From NCBI GenBank assembly GCA_028826165.1, contig JAPDFW010000105.1:62001-126000 (forward strand): a stretch of DNA of 64,000 nt, in the 5' to 3' direction. Below are positions 58,579-64,000 of this stretch, one piece after another (positions within the stretch are counted from its first letter, which is position 1; the number at the start of each line of letters is the position of its first letter). The position numbers and the translations under genes were made by a program. The notes under the pieces are model-generated. The model saw nothing but the letters and a program-made list of their open reading frames with translations, had not been told where the DNA came from and ran no database searches. The DNA is from Anaeramoeba ignava BMAN (taxonomy: Eukaryota > Protista > Anaeramoebae).

Positions 58579-61113
58579 ATGAATTTAATTAAAAAAGCAA
58601 TTAAAGAAAATAATAAAGAATATTTAAAACAAATTGAAAACATTTCAAAACAAGAAATTAAAAAAGAAAACAAACCAATTTTACATTTTGCAATTCAAAA
58701 CAAAGTTTCAAAAGAAATAATTGAAATTTTAATTTCTAAAGGTTTAAATCCAAATTCTGTTGATGAATTAGGAAGAAATTCATTTCATATTGCAATTATC
58801 AATAATTCAACAAATGATATTCTTGAACTTTTACTTTCAAAAGGAATTAATATCAATTCAAAAACAATCAAAACAAAATTTCTTTCAATTTTTCAATCTG
58901 GTTTAAAAAAAGTAATTCAATATATCATTAATAACAAAATTGATATTGATACAAAAGAATTTATCAAAGAAACCAAAATACAAATTCCATCAAAATATCA
59001 AAATTCAATACTTGAATTAATAAAATATTCAGATTCACACCATATCTATATTAATCCAAATATATTTATAAATAAAAATGCTTTACATATTGCTTGTAAA
59101 AATGAAAATATTTCCATTGAAATTATTAAATATCTTATTGAAAATGGAATTAATATTAATTCAAAAACAGAATATAATGAAACTGCTTTACATTTTGCTT
59201 GCGAAAATGAAAATATTTCCATTCAAATTATCAAATATCTTATTGAAAATGGAATTGATATTAATTCAAAAACAAATGATAATGAAACTGCTTTGCATTT
59301 TGCTTGTGAAAATAAAAATATTTCTATTGAAATTATCAAATATTTAATTGAAAATGGAATTAATATTAATTCAAAAACAGATCAGAAAGAAACAGCTTTA
59401 CATATTGCTTGTCAAAATAAAAATATTTCTATTGAAATTATTAAATATCTTATTTCCAAAGGAATTGATATTAATTCAAAAACAGACTTTTCTCATGTAA
59501 CTGCTTTACATATTGCTTGTTATAATGAAAATATTTCTATTGAAATTATCAAATATCTAATTGAAAATGGAATTGATATTAATTCAAAAACAAATGATAA
59601 TAATGAAACAGCTTTACATTTCGCTTGTCAAAATAAAAATATTTCTATTCAAATTATTAAATATCTAATTGAAAATGGAATTGATATTAATTCAAAAACA
59701 AAAGATAATGATGAAACTGCTTTACATATTGCTTGTAAAAATAAAAATATTTCGATTGAAATTATTAAATATCTAATTGAAAATGGAATTGATATTAATT
59801 TAAAAACAGAATATAATGAAACTTTTTTACATTATGCTTGCCGAAATAACATTTCCATTGAAATTATTAAATATCTTATTGAAAATGGAATTGATATTAA
59901 TTCAAAAACAGATGATAATAGAACAGCTTTACATTATGCTTGCCTAAATAAATCAAATTCAATTGAAATTATTAAATATCTAATTGAAAATGGAATTGAT
60001 ATTAATTCAAAAACAGAATTGCAAGAAACTGCTTTACATATTGCTTGTCAAAATGAAAATATTTCCATTGAAATTATTAAATATCTTATTGAAAATGGAA
60101 TTGATATTAATTCAAAAACATATAGGAATAAAACAGCTCTTTCAATTTCAGTAGAAAACAAAAAAAGAGAATTAATCAAATTATTATTAATGAATGATGC
60201 AAATATTTTTGATTTGAAACAAAATCAAATTACAAAAGAAATTATTGAATTTGGAATGAAAATTTATTCAATTAATCAAGATTTAAACAATTTATTAAAA
60301 TCAAATGAAGATAATAATTTTTCAGATTTACAAATTCAATCAAATGATGGTTTCAAATTTAATGTTCATAAATTAATTTTATTAACAAGATTTGATAATA
60401 ATGAAACAAATTTAAACAAATTTATTAATATTTGTCAATCAAAAAAAACAAAAGAAGAAGTTGAAATTGCATTAAATTTTCTTTATTCAGGATTTTATGA
60501 TTTTCAACAAATTTATCAAAAATTAAATTCAGAAAATTTTGAAGATCAATCTAAACATTATTCTAATTCTAATTCTAATTCTAATTCTGATTCTGATTCT
60601 AATTCTTATTCTAATTCTGATTCTAATTCTTATTCTAATTCTGATTCTGATTCTGATTCTGATTCTGATTCTAATTTATTTGAAGAAAAGATGAAAGAAA
60701 AAGAAAATAAAATAATCAAATTATTTAAAGAAATTGGATTTGATTCAAAATGGATTGAAAATAAAAAAGGAAGAAAAGGAATAATAAAAGATTTATCAAA
60801 ATTATATCAACAAAATGAAACAAAAGATTTTACAATAATTATTTCAAAAGAAAAAGAAATTAAAGTTCATAAATTAATATTAATATTAAGAAGTGAATTA
60901 TTTAAAGGAATGTTTTTAAATGTTCAAGATTCATCAAATCAAGTTCATGATTATTCAAAAAAATCATTTAAAACAATTCAACAATTAATTTATTTTCTTT
61001 ATCATGATAAATTTGAATTTGAAAATGAAATTAATGAAGAATTTTCAGATTTAAAAGATTATTTTCAATTAAATCAAAATTCAATAATTGATTTATTATT
61101 AAATTCAAATTAA
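58579..61113 (+). CDS. Ankyrin-repeat/BTB-BTB gene copy 6, intact, 844 aa, about 10 internal repeats
   Basis: Single ORF with the same N-cap and BTB-BTB tail; (SN/SD)n insertion at ~60560-60675. Confidence 0.92.
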   Translation: MNLIKKAIKENNKEYLKQIENISKQEIKKENKPILHFAIQNKVSKEIIEILISKGLNPNSVDELGRNSFHIAIINNSTNDILELLLSKGININSKTIKTKFLSIFQSGLKKVIQYIINNKIDIDTKEFIKETKIQIPSKYQNSILELIKYSDSHHIYINPNIFINKNALHIACKNENISIEIIKYLIENGININSKTEYNETALHFACENENISIQIIKYLIENGIDINSKTNDNETALHFACENKNISIEIIKYLIENGININSKTDQKETALHIACQNKNISIEIIKYLISKGIDINSKTDFSHVTALHIACYNENISIEIIKYLIENGIDINSKTNDNNETALHFACQNKNISIQIIKYLIENGIDINSKTKDNDETALHIACKNKNISIEIIKYLIENGIDINLKTEYNETFLHYACRNNISIEIIKYLIENGIDINSKTDDNRTALHYACLNKSNSIEIIKYLIENGIDINSKTELQETALHIACQNENISIEIIKYLIENGIDINSKTYRNKTALSISVENKKRELIKLLLMNDANIFDLKQNQITKEIIEFGMKIYSINQDLNNLLKSNEDNNFSDLQIQSNDGFKFNVHKLILLTRFDNNETNLNKFINICQSKKTKEEVEIALNFLYSGFYDFQQIYQKLNSENFEDQSKHYSNSNSNSNSDSDSNSYSNSDSNSYSNSDSDSDSDSDSNLFEEKMKEKENKIIKLFKEIGFDSKWIENKKGRKGIIKDLSKLYQQNETKDFTIIISKEKEIKVHKLILILRSELFKGMFLNVQDSSNQVHDYSKKSFKTIQQLIYFLYHDKFEFENEINEEFSDLKDYFQLNQNSIIDLLLNSN

Positions 61114-61202
61114 ATTCCAAAATTTTTTTTCCTTTTTTTTATAATAAATTTTTTTTTTCCTTTTTTCTCTTTTCATTTTTTTCTTGTGTTTTTTTTTAAA
61201 AA

Positions 61203-64000
61203 ATGAATGATTTTGAAAAAGAAAATTGTTTATTTGAAGCTATTCAAGATCAAAAAATATATGAGGAAATAAAATCACTTGTTGATAGAGGAGCAAATGT
61301 AAATGCGATAAATTCAGATGGATTCACACCATTGCTTTATGCCTTTCAATTTTCCACAAGTGAATCACGCAAAATTATCAAATATTTAATAGAAAAAGGA
61401 GCCAATGTTAATGTTTCAACTCAGTTTCTTCAAACACCTTTACATTCAGTTTTTGAATTGGAAATGGAATCAAGACTTGAAATTATTCAACTTCTTGTGA
61501 GAAATGGAGCAAAAATTGACGCAAGAAATGCTTATCAAGAAACACCTTTACATCGAGCTCTCAAAGATGATATGGATGATCTTGTTTTTGTCTTTTTCGA
61601 TGATATTAAAGAAAATAATAAGGAAAATAAACAAGAAAGAAAAGAAATCAACACACTTCAAATTGTCGCGTTTCTTTTGGAAAATGGAGCCGATCCAAAT
61701 ATTCAAGATCAAGACAACAACACAGCCTTCCATTTAGTGTTATCACTGGAAAGCTACAGTAATTTGCTTGAAATTACCCAAATTCTTATCAAAAATCGAG
61801 CAAATGCAAATGTCCCCAACTTTAAAAACGAAACCCCTTTCCATTTAGCTTGTCAATTGCAGCACCCCGCATCAATCCAAATCATCCATCTTTTGATCCA
61901 AAACGGCGCCAATTTAAACACAAACACAATCGACAAGAGCACGCCACTGCATTTGGTTTGCCAAAAACAATTCGATCCAAAAGTCGTTGAAATCATCAGA
62001 TTGTTTATTAAAGCAGGACTTGATATCAATGCGAAAAATGACAATGGACAAACACCTTTAACAATAGCGTCAGAATTCCAAAAAGAAAATCTGAACGAGA
62101 TTATCCAGTTGGTGGATCAAAACACGAATTCAAACGCCTTTCAAATGGAAGAAACAGCATTTACTCTGCACCAAATCTGCGAAAATTTGAACGAGAAATC
62201 AATCAACTTGATCAACACATTGATCCAAAAGGGATCCAATGTCAATGCAAAAAACAATAAAAATCAAACACCTCTGCATTTGGTTTTCCAGCCTCAAAAC
62301 CAGGACTTTCTCCAAGTCGCCAAGCTTCTTTTTGAAAATGGCGCTGATCCTAACTTGAAGGATGGCAACAACGAAACAATTCTGCATCTAGCTTGCGAAT
62401 ATCAGCACAAAAATCCAGTCGAAATTATCAAATTGCTTCTTGGCAAAGGAGTTGATATCAACGCAAAAAATAACCAAAACGAAACCGCTTTGCACAAAGC
62501 CTGCCAATACCAACAATCCCAAAACACATTCGAGGTGATCACTTTGCTGATTGAAAACGGCGCAGATGTCGCCTGTAAAACTAGCGAAAACACCACATGC
62601 CTGCATCTTATTTTCCAGTATCAGAAATGCCGATATCTTTTCGGAATTACGCAACTTCTTATCCAAAAGGGAGTCGATATCAATGCGCAAAACTACAAAA
62701 ACGAAACAGCATTGCATTTTGTGTGCCATTACCAGAACGAAGACAATGCGCTGCAAGTGATTGAATACTTAATTTCAAGAAACATCCAAATCAATGCGTT
62801 GAACAAAAGAAATCAAACAGCGTTGCACCACATCTGCCAATACCACCAACAAAAACCATATGAGATCATCAAACTACTCATCGGAAAAGGGATTGATATC
62901 CATGCCAAGAACAATATAAACGGCGAATCAGCCTTGCACACTGCTTGCATATACCAGAGGCACAAAATACTCGAGATTGTTCAGCTATTCATCGAAAATG
63001 GAGCAGATATCAATTCAACAAACCGCAACAACCAGACACCCCTGCTCCTCATTTTCCAGCAGCAACAGCAACTCCAGTTCAATAGAAGCATCCAGTATTC
63101 TTTGATCCAAATCACTCAGTATCTGATCGCAAAAGGAGCGGATCTTAATATCCAAACAAAAGACCGAAATCAAACCCTTTTGCACTTGATTTTCGAATTC
63201 CACAACCAAGAAAACTTGCTTGAGATCTTGGAACTGTTGATCCAAAGCGGGATTGACATCAATTCACCTGATATCGATGGACAGACACCCTTGCATTTGG
63301 CTTGCCAAAACAAACACGACAACGCACTTGAAATCATCGATTATTTATTCGGACATGGAGCCAATCCAAACTCCAAAAACGCGAAGAAACAAACACCTTT
63401 GCATTTAATATTCCAAAACCAAAAACCAAATTTAATCCCCATTCTCGAATCTTTTCTTGAAAACGGAGCAGATCCAAACTCAAAAAGCAATCAAGGACAG
63501 ACACCTTTGCACTTGTCAATACAAGAAAACGATCCGAAGTTAATCAAATTATTATTAATGAACGACGCAAATATATTTGATTTGGAAGAATGCGAAATTC
63601 CTCAAGAAGTTCTTGATATTTTCCCCAAAATATATTCCATCAACGAAGACATGAACAATTTATTGAAATCACACCATTTTTCAGACGTATCGGTTCAATC
63701 AAAAGATGGCTCCAAATTCAACGCTCACAAACTGATTCTTTTGACAAGATTCGATGAAGACGAAAAGCTCTTACAGGATTTTATCGAGAATTGCAGCCAA
63801 TCAACAAAAGAAGAAATCCAAATTGCTCTGAATTTTCTTTATACCGGATTTTATGATTTTGCGGATTTCATGCAAAGATTCCAAAATATGATCACATACA
63901 CATTCGAGTTTTCTCAGCTAAAAACTAAATACTATCAAAACCAAATCTCACAAGATGAATTCGATGACCAAATGATCACTTTGAAATCTTTGCAGGATAT
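61203..64000 (+). CDS. Ankyrin-repeat/BTB gene copy 7, divergent and GC-richer, running off the window end
   Basis: ATG 61203 begins MNDFEKENCLFEAIQ...DGFTPLLYA, followed by many divergent ankyrin repeats, then LIKLLLMNDANIFDL...FSDVSVQSKDGSKFNAHKLILLTRF. No stop before 64000, hence absent from the ORF track. Confidence 0.85.
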   Translation, partial: MNDFEKENCLFEAIQDQKIYEEIKSLVDRGANVNAINSDGFTPLLYAFQFSTSESRKIIKYLIEKGANVNVSTQFLQTPLHSVFELEMESRLEIIQLLVRNGAKIDARNAYQETPLHRALKDDMDDLVFVFFDDIKENNKENKQERKEINTLQIVAFLLENGADPNIQDQDNNTAFHLVLSLESYSNLLEITQILIKNRANANVPNFKNETPFHLACQLQHPASIQIIHLLIQNGANLNTNTIDKSTPLHLVCQKQFDPKVVEIIRLFIKAGLDINAKNDNGQTPLTIASEFQKENLNEIIQLVDQNTNSNAFQMEETAFTLHQICENLNEKSINLINTLIQKGSNVNAKNNKNQTPLHLVFQPQNQDFLQVAKLLFENGADPNLKDGNNETILHLACEYQHKNPVEIIKLLLGKGVDINAKNNQNETALHKACQYQQSQNTFEVITLLIENGADVACKTSENTTCLHLIFQYQKCRYLFGITQLLIQKGVDINAQNYKNETALHFVCHYQNEDNALQVIEYLISRNIQINALNKRNQTALHHICQYHQQKPYEIIKLLIGKGIDIHAKNNINGESALHTACIYQRHKILEIVQLFIENGADINSTNRNNQTPLLLIFQQQQQLQFNRSIQYSLIQITQYLIAKGADLNIQTKDRNQTLLHLIFEFHNQENLLEILELLIQSGIDINSPDIDGQTPLHLACQNKHDNALEIIDYLFGHGANPNSKNAKKQTPLHLIFQNQKPNLIPILESFLENGADPNSKSNQGQTPLHLSIQENDPKLIKLLLMNDANIFDLEECEIPQEVLDIFPKIYSINEDMNNLLKSHHFSDVSVQSKDGSKFNAHKLILLTRFDEDEKLLQDFIENCSQSTKEEIQIALNFLYTGFYDFADFMQRFQNMITYTFEFSQLKTKYYQNQISQDEFDDQMITLKSLQD

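Noticed and set aside
41860-59347. Recurrent MKMELILIQKQ ORFs and antisense ORFs over the ankyrin genes
   Set aside because: These are shifted or antisense frames of the ankyrin repeats starting at TTG; there is no independent coding evidence.
39088-61113. Diversity-generating retroelement behind ankyrin variation
   Set aside because: No reverse transcriptase or template repeat is in the window, and variants include non-adenine changes and indels. Recombination plus selection is a simpler explanation.

Overview
Extremely AT-rich eukaryotic nuclear DNA with GT-AG spliceosomal introns and the standard genetic code. Nuclear inteins plus the ankyrin-BTB expansion suggest an Anaeramoeba-like metamonad; this is inference only. 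Genes in order: Snf7/CHMP4 (6 exons), a small membrane protein, two tandem S41 (CPAF-like) surface peptidases with (PT)n stalks, a GATAD1-like GATA+BAH protein, MCM6 carrying three inteins, an orphan gene, an HxHHY membrane protein, an SLC35F6-like transporter and a PITP with an 8-nt microexon. These are followed by a ~25-kb cluster of seven ankyrin-repeat/BTB genes, interrupted by deoxyhypusine synthase and a G-patch (Spp2/GPKOW-like) gene. The two strongest signals are (1) the triple-intein MCM6, with two degenerate LAGLIDADG inteins and one mini-intein at the Walker A, SS|SAAG and MEQQ|S sites, and (2) an ankyrin-BTB array whose near-identical repeats vary mostly at DARPin-like binding positions and vary in number in front of a constant BTB-BTB module. 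Almost every long intron and intergenic region is filled with its own locally seeded satellite, often with a 12-nt period. Several single-base frameshifts look like long-read or consensus errors rather than true pseudogenes.
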